DNA of 32,349 nucleotides, from positions 1-32,349 of the IMG/VR virus record IMGVR_UViG_3300025277_000081; one strand, given 5' to 3'. Shown in pieces: positions 24,358 through 32,349 of this stretch. Numbering within the stretch: position 1 is the first letter of the stretch; each line of letters starts with the position of its first letter. The translations under genes were made by a program, and so were the position numbers. The notes beneath the pieces were generated by a model that did not search any database, was not told the origin of the DNA, and saw only the letters and a program-made list of their open reading frames with translations. This DNA is from a virus. Taxonomy: Duplodnaviria > Caudoviricetes.

Positions 24358-24479
24358 TGAATAAAAAAATGACAAAGTACGAAAGAATTTTATGGGAACA
24401 TGACTGTTTCCCACTAAACAAAATTACCGCAGATGCAATAGCAGACGTTAAAAAAACAGAGGAAAAAAAGGAGAAATAA
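24357..24479 (+). CDS. Hypothetical 40-aa protein
   Basis: Hand-translated MNKKMTKYERILWEHDCFPLNKITADAIADVKKTEEKKEK*; TGATG overlap; RBS GGAG. Confidence 0.5.
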   Translation: MNKKMTKYERILWEHDCFPLNKITADAIADVKKTEEKKEK

Positions 24480-24480
24480 A

Positions 24481-24819
24481 ATGGCAGATGAATACATACA
24501 GGCAGAAGGTAAGATATTTACCAACGATTACAAACAAAACAAGAATCATCCCGACAAGAGGGGCAAGATAGTTTTCCCAAGAAAGCTAGTCAGACAAATG
24601 GCGAATGCCTTTGCGGATGATAAAAACCTAACAGAAGTGGAAGCTAATGTTGCAGTTTGGGAAAGAACCTCAAGGAATAAAAACAAGAGGGGAGAATATA
24701 CCCAATACCTTTTCACTAGAATAGAAATGCCTAGGGAAAAGAAAGTGGACAAGGAAGAAGCCAAGCAGGTAGCAGAGACAGTGGTTACTTCCGAATCTAA
24801 TGACGACATACCGTTCTAA
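24481..24819 (+). CDS. Putative single-stranded DNA-binding protein
   Basis: G.IF.N.YK....HPD.RG motif, acidic C-terminal DDIPF tail, located in the recombination module. Confidence 0.7.
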   Translation: MADEYIQAEGKIFTNDYKQNKNHPDKRGKIVFPRKLVRQMANAFADDKNLTEVEANVAVWERTSRNKNKRGEYTQYLFTRIEMPREKKVDKEEAKQVAETVVTSESNDDIPF

Positions 24820-25093
24820 AGCTTATCTCAAGCACATTCGCTCCCATCCTTGCTTGATATGTGGAAGGGAAGGAGAACACGCACATCACTTACGTCATGC
24901 AGAGCAACAGGGGTGGGGAATTAAAAATTCAGACGAGTTTGCAGTTCCCCTCTGTGCAAAACATCACATGGATTGTCACACAACAGGGAATGAAAGTCTT
25001 TGGTGGGCATTACATGGGATAGATGCCTTGAGTTGGGCAACATTGACATACGAAGAATTTAATAATAACTTGGACAAGGGAGGGGAGAAATGA
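24800..25093 (+). CDS. DUF968-like HNH/Zn-binding protein
   Basis: RSKAYLKHIRSHPCLICG....HAHHL...G.G.K.SD.FAVPLC..HH...H..G.E..WW. Confidence 0.8.
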   Translation: MTTYRSKAYLKHIRSHPCLICGREGEHAHHLRHAEQQGWGIKNSDEFAVPLCAKHHMDCHTTGNESLWWALHGIDALSWATLTYEEFNNNLDKGGEK

Positions 25094-25347
25094 CTCAATA
25101 CGAAGATATAGTTGAGAAGGCGAGAAACGTAGAACGGGAACGGAAGGACGGGTGGAAACCGAAGTACAGGGAATACAATCATCCTACCGTCAAGTATGGA
25201 TTTAAGAATGGGGTTGAGGTGGTTATCCATTTAGACAATCAACCAAATGAGATTTTGGTTCCTCATGGGAGTTCAAGATACACCAGACAGGAAGCTTCTA
25301 ACTTTTTAAAAGAAGAATTGCGTCTAAGGAAAATGGCAGAAGCTTGA
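25090..25347 (+). CDS. Hypothetical protein
   Basis: 85 aa, RBS GGGGAG, ATGA overlap. Confidence 0.7.
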   Translation: MTQYEDIVEKARNVERERKDGWKPKYREYNHPTVKYGFKNGVEVVIHLDNQPNEILVPHGSSRYTRQEASNFLKEELRLRKMAEA

Positions 25348-25432
25348 GAAACGTTGAGTTTAGGTTGAACCTTCCCCCTTACTTACTTCTCGTTTGGAGC
25401 GTGACGAGGCTTATATGGCTTCCAATCTATAC

Positions 25433-25446
25433 ATTGAACGTTCAAT
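25433..25446. promoter_or_regulatory. Palindromic operator-like site, copy 5
   Basis: AC-ATTGAACGTTCAAT-ATTTAA ending 9 nt before the methyltransferase ATG. Confidence 0.7.
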
Positions 25447-25455
25447 ATTTAAAAA

Positions 25456-26625
25456 ATGACTGAAAACAGGTTTAAGTACCTTTCAGTCTGTAGCGGGATA
25501 GAATCAGCTACCGTTGCATGGGAACCCTTGGGGTGGGAAGCTATCGCTTTCTCTGAAATTGATCCCTTCTGTTCTGCTGTACTTGAACATCACTATCCTA
25601 ATATAATTAATTTAGGAGACTTCACGGAGATAACTAAACATGACATACGAGAAACCACACCAGACCTCCTTGTTGGAGGAACCCCGTGCCAGTCGTTCTC
25701 GATTGCGGGACTTAGGGAAGGACTTGGAGAAGATAGAGGGAACCTCGCCCTTGAATTTATTCGCCTTGCTCAAAGACTACATCCGACATGGATACTTTGG
25801 GAAAACGTTACTGGGGTTTTGTCCTCGGAAGGAGGACGGGACTTTGGAACCTTCCTTGGAGGGTTGGCGGAATGCGGGTATGGGTTCGCCTACAGGGTTC
25901 TTGACACTCAATACATCAGAACACAACGATTTCCAAGGGCAATCCCACAAAGACGAAGGCGTGTGTTCGTTGTGGGATATCTTGGAGACTGGCGAAATCC
26001 CGCCAAGGTTCTTTTTAACCGAGAAGCACTGTCAAGGAATAGTAAACCGAGCAGAAAACAAAGGGAAACGTCTTCCCGAAGCACTACGCACCGCATTACT
26101 AGAAGCGATAAGTACGTTCAAGACGAAATAGCAAGTACAGTACGAGCAAGAGACTGGAAAGAACCAACTGATTTAGTAATAAATCCAGATGAACCAATGG
26201 CAATACAGGCGGGTAATACCAACTGTAACGGCATAGGATTAAATCAAGAAGGGGTTAGCTATACATTGACTGCTAACGATAGGCATTCAGTATATTGTTT
26301 TGAACCACGATCCCAAGACGGGGTACCAAGAATACAAAAGGAACCGATCTCTCCTACCCTTAATGCCATGAAGGGAGGGCAGAGACAACCTTGTGTCTTC
26401 ATGGACGGGGTTGTACCGAGGAATAAGATTATAAGACGATTAACCCCGTTAGAATGTGAGAGATTACAAGGATTTAGCGATAACTTTACCCAAATCCCCT
26501 ATCGGGGAAAGTCGGCAGATCAATGCCCTATTGCTCCCAGATATGAAGCCTTGGGTAACAGTATGTCCGTAAACGTTATGGAATTTCTGGGTAAACGCAT
26601 AGAGGCAGTGGAAAAGAGTTTGTGA
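25456..26625 (+). CDS. DNA (cytosine-5)-methyltransferase
   Basis: Motif I variant SVCSGIE, catalytic GGTPCQSFS, WENV.GV, PQRRRRVFVVG, RRLTPLECERLQGF, LGNSM. Confidence 0.93.
   Translation: MTENRFKYLSVCSGIESATVAWEPLGWEAIAFSEIDPFCSAVLEHHYPNIINLGDFTEITKHDIRETTPDLLVGGTPCQSFSIAGLREGLGEDRGNLALEFIRLAQRLHPTWILWENVTGVLSSEGGRDFGTFLGGLAECGYGFAYRVLDTQYIRTQRFPRAIPQRRRRVFVVGYLGDWRNPAKVLFNREALSRNSKPSRKQRETSSRSTTHRITRSDKYVQDEIASTVRARDWKEPTDLVINPDEPMAIQAGNTNCNGIGLNQEGVSYTLTANDRHSVYCFEPRSQDGVPRIQKEPISPTLNAMKGGQRQPCVFMDGVVPRNKIIRRLTPLECERLQGFSDNFTQIPYRGKSADQCPIAPRYEALGNSMSVNVMEFLGKRIEAVEKSL
25640..26131 (+). CDS. Nested out-of-frame protein within the C5-MTase gene (M.EcoHK31I beta-like arrangement)
   Basis: 163 aa open in the +1 frame with its own GGAG 10 nt upstream; C-terminal SLWDILE...PPRFFLTEKHCQGIVNRAENKGKRLPEALRTAL motif. 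Confidence 0.65.
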   Translation: MTYEKPHQTSLLEEPRASRSRLRDLGKDLEKIEGTSPLNLFALLKDYIRHGYFGKTLLGFCPRKEDGTLEPSLEGWRNAGMGSPTGFLTLNTSEHNDFQGQSHKDEGVCSLWDILETGEIPPRFFLTEKHCQGIVNRAENKGKRLPEALRTALLEAISTFKTK

Positions 26626-26659
26626 ATAACCTGTGTATAAAAACTAAGAAGGAGTAGAA

Positions 26660-27070
26660 ATGAGCAGTATAAGAGAAATGGCTATGTCTTTTGAGGCAGT
26701 ACAAAGCTACATGAGGAAGGATGTTAAGGGGGTTAATATAACTCTGGTCATACATCCAGACGATGTACCCGAAGATTTGTTTAGACAACCTACGGGATCA
26801 CGGTATCAAGTGGCTATGGTACTTATCAATGACCAAGAAGAACCCGTGATGCCAAAGATTAAAGGCGAAGGCAAGAAAGCAGTCGCTCAAGCAGGGTTGT
26901 TGTGTCGGGAGATTGAGTTCTGGGATTATCTAGGAGTTAAATCAGAGATAGAAGCCGTTAAGGAATTAAGGGAAAGGCTTGAGATAGAGAGTCGTTCCGA
27001 GTTAGCGGAAGACAAAGATGCGAGAGCAAAATTTAAGGAGTTGTTAGATGACTTTAACTCCAATACATGA
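26660..27070 (+). CDS. Hypothetical phage protein
   Basis: 136 aa, RBS AAGGAG; IHPDDVP.DL...P.GSRY.V.MV and AGLLCR...FW motifs. Confidence 0.8.
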   Translation: MSSIREMAMSFEAVQSYMRKDVKGVNITLVIHPDDVPEDLFRQPTGSRYQVAMVLINDQEEPVMPKIKGEGKKAVAQAGLLCREIEFWDYLGVKSEIEAVKELRERLEIESRSELAEDKDARAKFKELLDDFNSNT

Positions 27071-27419
27071 AGAAAAAAAGAAGAAGTGGTGGAGGTGGCA
27101 TAAGAAGAATCCGCATGTGTGGACTCTTTTCCAGAAGTTTACTTTTGAAGCCATACGATCAGGCAGGAAGAACTATAGCCATTGGGCGATAATTCAACGG
27201 ATACGGTGGGAAACTGATATAGTAACCAAGGGTAATCCTTTCAAGATATCTAATGATTGGATAGCTTACTACGCAAGATACTTCATACACACCTACCCGC
27301 AACACAAAGGATTTTTTAAGATTAAACCATTAAAACATGAGAGAGGGAACCATGCGATTATTCAAGAAAAAGAAGAAGAAACCCGTCTTAAAGCCGAACA
27401 CAGATTTAGAAGCCATTGA
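27048..27419 (+). CDS. Hypothetical phage protein
   Basis: 123 aa, RBS AAGGAG; NPHVW..F, YS..AII.RIRW, FKISN...AYYAR motifs. Confidence 0.8.
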   Translation: MTLTPIHEEKKKKWWRWHKKNPHVWTLFQKFTFEAIRSGRKNYSHWAIIQRIRWETDIVTKGNPFKISNDWIAYYARYFIHTYPQHKGFFKIKPLKHERGNHAIIQEKEEETRLKAEHRFRSH

Positions 27420-27510
27420 ATTACCTGTGGGATTGGAAAAGAAAAAAGCCCGGCAAAGCTCAGAAGGGCTATCCGTTACGGATAATGGCTCTGAAACCAT
27501 TGATAAATAA
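27352..27510 (+). CDS. Hypothetical 52-aa basic protein
   Basis: Hand-translated MRLFKKKKKKPVLKPNTDLEAIELPVG...; RBS GAGGGA; overlaps the previous gene by 68 nt. Confidence 0.4.
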   Translation: MRLFKKKKKKPVLKPNTDLEAIELPVGLEKKKARQSSEGLSVTDNGSETIDK

Positions 27511-27588
27511 GGATTACATTTTTCCCAGCTCTTCACCAGCGAGCTGCATTTTACTTTTCATAACGAATAATAGGGAGGAAACGTTGAT

Positions 27589-27747
27589 ATGGTAAGGATG
27601 TTTAGACAACCAACCAAGATGGATGAACACAAGTCTCCTAAGAGGACTCGTCAGTCTAGCACTAAGAACATAGCTACCTCAACGATGAATAAGCACACAC
27701 GCAGAATGAGGGGTAAGTCTCTGCGTTACAGAGGACAAGGGCGATGA
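27589..27747 (+). CDS. Small basic protein ending in YRGQGR
   Basis: Hand-translated MVRMFRQPTKMDEHKSPKRTRQSSTKNIATSTMNKHTRRMRGKSLRYRGQGR*; RBS GGGAGG; ATGA overlap. Confidence 0.7.
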   Translation: MVRMFRQPTKMDEHKSPKRTRQSSTKNIATSTMNKHTRRMRGKSLRYRGQGR

Positions 27748-27926
27748 AGCCAATTAAATTACCAAAAAAGAAACTGAAAACTGTACACCTAGGAGTAAGA
27801 GTAGAACAAAAAACACAGGATAGATTTAGGAAGATGGTTAAAGAAAATGGTGTAGGACATGGCGATTTACTTACCTGTATGGTTGATTATTTTTGGGAAG
27901 AATTAGGGGACAAGGGCGATGAGTGA
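27744..27926 (+). CDS. Putative ribbon-helix-helix protein
   Basis: 60 aa; VHLGVRV strand followed by two helices. Confidence 0.6.
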   Translation: MKPIKLPKKKLKTVHLGVRVEQKTQDRFRKMVKENGVGHGDLLTCMVDYFWEELGDKGDE

Positions 27927-28170
27927 GATAGAAGAATTGGTAGCGAACTCTTATCATTTTTCAAGAAAGAAAGTGTTAAAAGAATTAAAAGAGTTAAACG
28001 ACATGGGCTTTAGCGATAAGGTGATCTGTCAAATCCTAGAGGTAAATCCAGCGGTATTACAAAGTTTTAAAGATGGTCATAAACCACAGAAAGTAAATTT
28101 CATAAAACTAAAAGAAGGTTTACCTGAAATAAGGAAACAAGACAAGGACAGTTACTGGAAAGGCCGATGA
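27919..28170 (+). CDS. Putative HTH protein
   Basis: 83 aa; LKELNDMGFSDKVICQILEVNPAVLQSFKDG resembles an XRE-type HTH. Confidence 0.6.
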   Translation: MSEIEELVANSYHFSRKKVLKELKELNDMGFSDKVICQILEVNPAVLQSFKDGHKPQKVNFIKLKEGLPEIRKQDKDSYWKGR

Positions 28171-28185
28171 ATAAACCAGACCGAC

Positions 28186-29853
28186 ATGAAACTACGACCG
28201 TATCAGCAGAGCGCACTTAAAGCGCTAACCCACCATCTCCAGACCGAACCCACGGCAGACCGTCCCCTTATGGTGTTGCCAACGGCAGCTGGCAAGACGG
28301 TGGTATTCGCGCATTTAATCCAACAGCTCCATCGGGAAGATCCCAACCGTCGCTTTCTGATCCTGGCCCACCGCCAGGAACTGATTAGCCAGGCGGTCAA
28401 TAAACTGTTGGAAGTGTGGCCCGAAGTACCCTACGGGATCATGAGTGCGTCTCTGCGTCGCTTTGACGACGCCCCGGTGTTGGTAGCCTCCAGGGACACG
28501 ATCGCCTCAGAGAAGCGCTTAAAATCGCTGGCAGGCATCTATTTGACCGTCATTGACGAAGCCCACCACGTCGGACCCGATGGCAACACCCGTTACCGCA
28601 AGGTATTGAACAGCTTGCTGGACAAGGCCGCCGACACGCGCGTCCTCGGTGTTACCGCTACGCCCTACCGCATGGGTCAGGGTTACATCTACGGCGATGA
28701 AGACCATCACTATTTCAGCAAGGTCGCCTACGAAATCAAACTGCCGAAACTGGTTCAACAGAATTACCTGGCACGCCTGAGTGCTTTTGCCGTCTCTAAA
28801 GACGCGGTTATCAATGCACGTGAAGTCAAGGTGAAGTTTAAAGGGGGCGACTACAGCGAAGGCGAACTGGAAAAGGTAGCCCTCGACGACCGCCTGGTAT
28901 TAGAAATTATTGAAGATTGGATTTCCAAAGCCTATACGAAAGGCCGAACTGCGAGTGTGTTCTTCTGCGTCTCGGTGTTACACGCCATCAAAATGGCAAA
29001 AACATTGAAGGACTTGGGGGTAGCCGCCGCGTGCGTTACGGGAGCGACTCCCAACGACGAACGCGAAGCGATCTTACGACGCTTCAACGACGGTGAGATT
29101 CACGCCCTCTGCAACGTAGGCGTCCTGACGGAAGGCTGGGACGCGCCGCGTACCGATTGCATCGCTTTACTGCGCCCGACCAAGAGTCTGGGCCTGTACG
29201 TGCAGATGTGCGGACGTGGCATGCGTCCCTTTCCAGGCAAGGAGAATTGTTTGATGCTGGACTACGGCGAGAACATGATACGCCATGGCTGTATTGACGA
29301 GGCGGTCCCCGCTGATGAGGGCTTTCAGCACCGTATCCGCATTTGTCCCGAATGCGACGCCATTAATGCTTATGTGGCCAAAGTATGCTGTGAATGCGAA
29401 AACGTCCTTAAACGCTCGGTATCGAGTTCCTACACGCCTTTATACAAGGAACCCAGTGTGGCTTCCAAGAATAAAGCGGGCAAAGGCTACATCCTTTCCG
29501 ATGAGAAAAACGGCAGCGTACGTGAACCGTCTAAGGAAAGTATCTCCAATGTGTACGCACGCATACACACGTCCAAGCAACAGAACACTTATTGCCAGCT
29601 GGTCCTGGAGACCGGCGACTCTTTTGCCCATCGCATGCTGCCGTTGATGTTTGAGCATCCGCGCATGAAGTACGTCACGCGTAACCGTTGGCGTCGCATG
29701 ACCGGGCAGAACCCACCGAGCAGCAGTGACGAAGCCGTGGCGCGCGTTAATCAAGGCGCCTTAAAGCATTTAACTCACATGCTCATTACCACCGAAGGCC
29801 AATACAATAATGTTAAGGCCGTTTATATCGACAACAGGAGGATAGATCTATGA
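28186..29853 (+). CDS. Superfamily 2 DExH helicase (RadD/YejH-like) with Zn finger
   Basis: Q motif LRPYQ, LPTAAGKT, DEAHH, TATP, VLTEGWD, QMCGRGMR, CPEC...CCEC. Confidence 0.92.
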   Translation: MKLRPYQQSALKALTHHLQTEPTADRPLMVLPTAAGKTVVFAHLIQQLHREDPNRRFLILAHRQELISQAVNKLLEVWPEVPYGIMSASLRRFDDAPVLVASRDTIASEKRLKSLAGIYLTVIDEAHHVGPDGNTRYRKVLNSLLDKAADTRVLGVTATPYRMGQGYIYGDEDHHYFSKVAYEIKLPKLVQQNYLARLSAFAVSKDAVINAREVKVKFKGGDYSEGELEKVALDDRLVLEIIEDWISKAYTKGRTASVFFCVSVLHAIKMAKTLKDLGVAAACVTGATPNDEREAILRRFNDGEIHALCNVGVLTEGWDAPRTDCIALLRPTKSLGLYVQMCGRGMRPFPGKENCLMLDYGENMIRHGCIDEAVPADEGFQHRIRICPECDAINAYVAKVCCECENVLKRSVSSSYTPLYKEPSVASKNKAGKGYILSDEKNGSVREPSKESISNVYARIHTSKQQNTYCQLVLETGDSFAHRMLPLMFEHPRMKYVTRNRWRRMTGQNPPSSSDEAVARVNQGALKHLTHMLITTEGQYNNVKAVYIDNRRIDL

Positions 29854-30920
29854 ACTTAATCGAATCACTGGACCAGGCACTGATCAACGAAAACGAACCT
29901 TACCGCGCCCACCTCGGCTTCAGTCAGATCGGCAGCGAAGACGAGCGTAAGCTGTGGCTGCAATTCCGTTGGTGTTTTCCCGCGGGATTAGGCGGACGTA
30001 TCCTACGCCTGTTTGACCTGGGCAATCACATCGAGGATCAGATTGCGGAAAATCTCGGCAAGGTAAAAGGCATTGAGATTCACGCCAACGATAAAAACGG
30101 CAAACCCTTTGCCCGTTCTACATTAGGCGGACACTTTGCGGGGTCCATCGACGGCATCGTGCGCGGAGTAATGACCGATCGACCTAACCAACGCATGATT
30201 CTGGAAGTTAAATCGGCCAACGACAAGCGCTTCAAGGATCTGGTTTCACGTGGAACCTATCGTGGCTGGTCCAAAGAATACTCCGTCCAGATCGACTGTT
30301 ACATGAGTATGTTTAAGACGCCTTACACCTTAGTGGTGGTATGCAACAAGAACACTTCCGCCCTCTACACCGAGATCATCGAAGAACAACCCGAAGTATT
30401 CAGCGAAATGAAAAACAAGGCCAAGTATCTGTTGAACAGTCAACGCCCACCCGATCTGCTCTATCCGCCTACGGATTACCGCATCAAGTCCTACATGACG
30501 CCACAGCAGCAGCGCGTTTACCTCGGTCGCGAACTGCCACCCGATATTAATTGCCGCAACTGTCGCTTCAGTAAACCCGTTCTCAATGGCAAAGACGCGC
30601 CCTGGCATTGTCTGCGTAAGGAGAAGGAGCTGACCGTGGACGACCAGCGCGAAGGCTGTGGCCAACACCAGTGGATTCCACACCTGATGCCGTTGCCCGT
30701 TCTCAAGGTGGAAGCGGACCGCGTTCTCTATAAGAAGGACGAACAGACATTAATTAACACCGACGACGCCGCTTCCCACAGCTCCGGCGACCATTACAGC
30801 AGTGCCGATTTGCGTGAGCTATCCAAGGCGGATTTTAATAAAGAGTTGCTAACTAAAGTAAAATCGGTTAGGGATGCAGTTGACGGCTCCATTACAAATG
30901 TGCAATCTACGGGGACCTAA
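29850..30920 (+). CDS. PD-(D/E)XK exonuclease (Cas4/YqaJ-like)
   Basis: RAHLGFSQIG, RLFDLG..IE, GSIDG, LEVKS, Q...YM and C-terminal Cys motifs (NCRNC); ATGA overlap with the helicase. Confidence 0.85.
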   Translation: MNLIESLDQALINENEPYRAHLGFSQIGSEDERKLWLQFRWCFPAGLGGRILRLFDLGNHIEDQIAENLGKVKGIEIHANDKNGKPFARSTLGGHFAGSIDGIVRGVMTDRPNQRMILEVKSANDKRFKDLVSRGTYRGWSKEYSVQIDCYMSMFKTPYTLVVVCNKNTSALYTEIIEEQPEVFSEMKNKAKYLLNSQRPPDLLYPPTDYRIKSYMTPQQQRVYLGRELPPDINCRNCRFSKPVLNGKDAPWHCLRKEKELTVDDQREGCGQHQWIPHLMPLPVLKVEADRVLYKKDEQTLINTDDAASHSSGDHYSSADLRELSKADFNKELLTKVKSVRDAVDGSITNVQSTGT

Positions 30921-30924
30921 CTGC

Positions 30925-31146
30925 ATGAATGAATGTATGAATAAAAGCGACCGGCTGAAAATTCTCAGTCCTTATGCGGACAAACTCTATGAAATCGTCA
31001 CCGTGGCGGCCAATGGGGGTATTCCCTATGAGGACCTGCAAGCCTGGGCAAGCGACGTGGTAGAGATCATAGAACCGCAATTGACGGGGAAAAAATTTAA
31101 TCCAAACCCATTAACTTCTCTAACTCCTTCTGACGCAGAGCAATAG
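30925..31146 (+). CDS. Hypothetical protein
   Basis: Probable start at 30925 or 30937, just after the nuclease stop; converges with the last gene. Confidence 0.55.
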   Translation: MNECMNKSDRLKILSPYADKLYEIVTVAANGGIPYEDLQAWASDVVEIIEPQLTGKKFNPNPLTSLTPSDAEQ

Positions 31147-32347
31147 CTGCCGCGCTTTGCGGTGCTTGCGTTTGCGCACGATACGGCGCTGGCGGTTTGT
31201 AAGGTTCGGGCGGAGGCTGATAATAAGGACGCGTAATGGTTTCACGCGGCAATATAGGTTCCCTGGCACTTTGAATAAACTCTTGACGTATCTGTGCTTC
31301 TGGGAACATGGTAGCGCGGTGACTCTCGGTGTTGGCTTGCATGTAGGCCAACGTTTCTTCCGAAGGAAAATAAGGGATGAATCGACCCGCCATGATGTCA
31401 TCCACATGCGTTACCTTGGCCTTCTTTAACTGACGGCGAATCACTGGGTCTGAGATTCCCAATGTCCTGGCGTCTTCAATAGCCATGGCCAGATCTCTCA
31501 AAGCTCGAAAGCGTCCTTCATTAGACGCCACGTAGGCTTTGGCTACACCTTCGGGATCTACCACGTTGGGATTACGCACGGCCTGGTTAAAAATAGAAGC
31601 GGCTTGACGTACTTCATCATTGGCTTCAAAGCCACGGTAAAGGATGGTGCGTTCTACCGCAGGCTTCATTACTTTAAAACCCGTCAACGCTTGACCTATT
31701 TCAGTATAAGGATCCAACTCTTCTCCGCTTTTACTGAGCGAACGGTCGGGGGCTAACAAGCCAGCTCCGGACATGACCGAGCGGGGAAAATCTTTCAGAT
31801 CAGTAGTCACATAAAACGGATCAGCAGCTGTGCCTTTTAAACGCACGGGTGAGAAGTTAGGACTCAACGTATTGAAAATATGGGCCATTGATTTAGTGGT
31901 CTTTAATCCCAGTGGATCAGCGTCGTTATAAACCTTACGACCGTACACGGTTTGATTACGTGCCAGGTCAACGACAGCTGCGGTCAAAATCGACTCATCG
32001 AAGAATGGATTAAGCAATTCATTAAGTGCGCCCGTGCCTTGAGTATTAAAGATGGAGTTCATAGCAATGGTGGATAGTTCTTCGCCACTGGTAACGCCAT
32101 TATTAAAAGCATTAAACACCGCGTTGAAAGGTCTGCGCAGATATTCGTAAGGATTCGTGTAAGTAAAGTTATAGAACTCAGTGATGTTGCCTTGTTTATC
32201 GGTAGCGATGGGGACTAAATCAGCATTACGTTCCCACGGTGCCGCGAAACTACGCTTGTAGGCATCTATTTGTTCATCGTCTGCCCCGGTCATGTATTTA
32301 GCAAACTCTTTAACTCCTTTCGGTACTAAATAGGAGACTGCCATACC
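31097..32347 (-). CDS. C-terminal part of a large protein, possibly an internal virion/ejection protein (likely 5'-truncated)
   Basis: At least 415 aa, frame open to the window edge; APWERNADLVPI...FYNFTYTNPYE and helical Ala/Gly-rich character resemble podoviral internal proteins. Function is inferred. Confidence 0.55.
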   Translation of the reverse strand, partial: GMAVSYLVPKGVKEFAKYMTGADDEQIDAYKRSFAAPWERNADLVPIATDKQGNITEFYNFTYTNPYEYLRRPFNAVFNAFNNGVTSGEELSTIAMNSIFNTQGTGALNELLNPFFDESILTAAVVDLARNQTVYGRKVYNDADPLGLKTTKSMAHIFNTLSPNFSPVRLKGTAADPFYVTTDLKDFPRSVMSGAGLLAPDRSLSKSGEELDPYTEIGQALTGFKVMKPAVERTILYRGFEANDEVRQAASIFNQAVRNPNVVDPEGVAKAYVASNEGRFRALRDLAMAIEDARTLGISDPVIRRQLKKAKVTHVDDIMAGRFIPYFPSEETLAYMQANTESHRATMFPEAQIRQEFIQSAREPILPRETITRPYYQPPPEPYKPPAPYRAQTQAPQSAAAIALRQKELEKLMGLD

Positions 32348-32349
32348 TC

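Noticed and set aside
1-32349. Alternative genetic code, tRNA genes, integrase, introns or inteins
   Set aside because: Core genes are full length under the standard bacterial code; no cloverleaf with a T-loop consensus, recombinase motif or intervening sequence was recognised by eye.

Overview
A 32-kb segment of a tailed dsDNA bacteriophage genome with a podovirus-like gene layout; the host cannot be determined from sequence alone. Left arm (minus strand, 1-7587): head and packaging genes, namely a truncated scaffold-like protein, a GroES-like co-chaperonin, portal, terminase large subunit, a LexA-type HTH protein and terminase small subunit. Divergent from terS is a ~430-nt hairpin-rich non-coding leader and a plus-strand early operon (8.2-18.8 kb) containing a MoxR-type AAA+ ATPase / unknown protein / HExxH-VWA module and many small ORFans. 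Six copies of a ~65-nt three-hairpin element with compensatory base changes sit in intergenic spaces of this operon, five of them a few bases after a stop codon and all ahead of an RBS. A palindrome, ATTGAAC(G/C)TTCAAT, recurs 8 times between 7.1 and 25.4 kb. The replication/recombination block follows: T7 gp4/Twinkle-type primase-helicase, PD-(D/E)XK exonuclease, Sak/DUF1071-like annealing protein, SSB-like protein and a C5 methyltransferase carrying a nested out-of-frame gene. At ~28.17 kb composition shifts abruptly to GC-rich (SF2 helicase, a second PD-(D/E)XK nuclease, C-terminus of a large protein). No CRISPR array, tRNA, integrase or transposase was recognised. All product calls come from motif recognition by eye, not from database searches.
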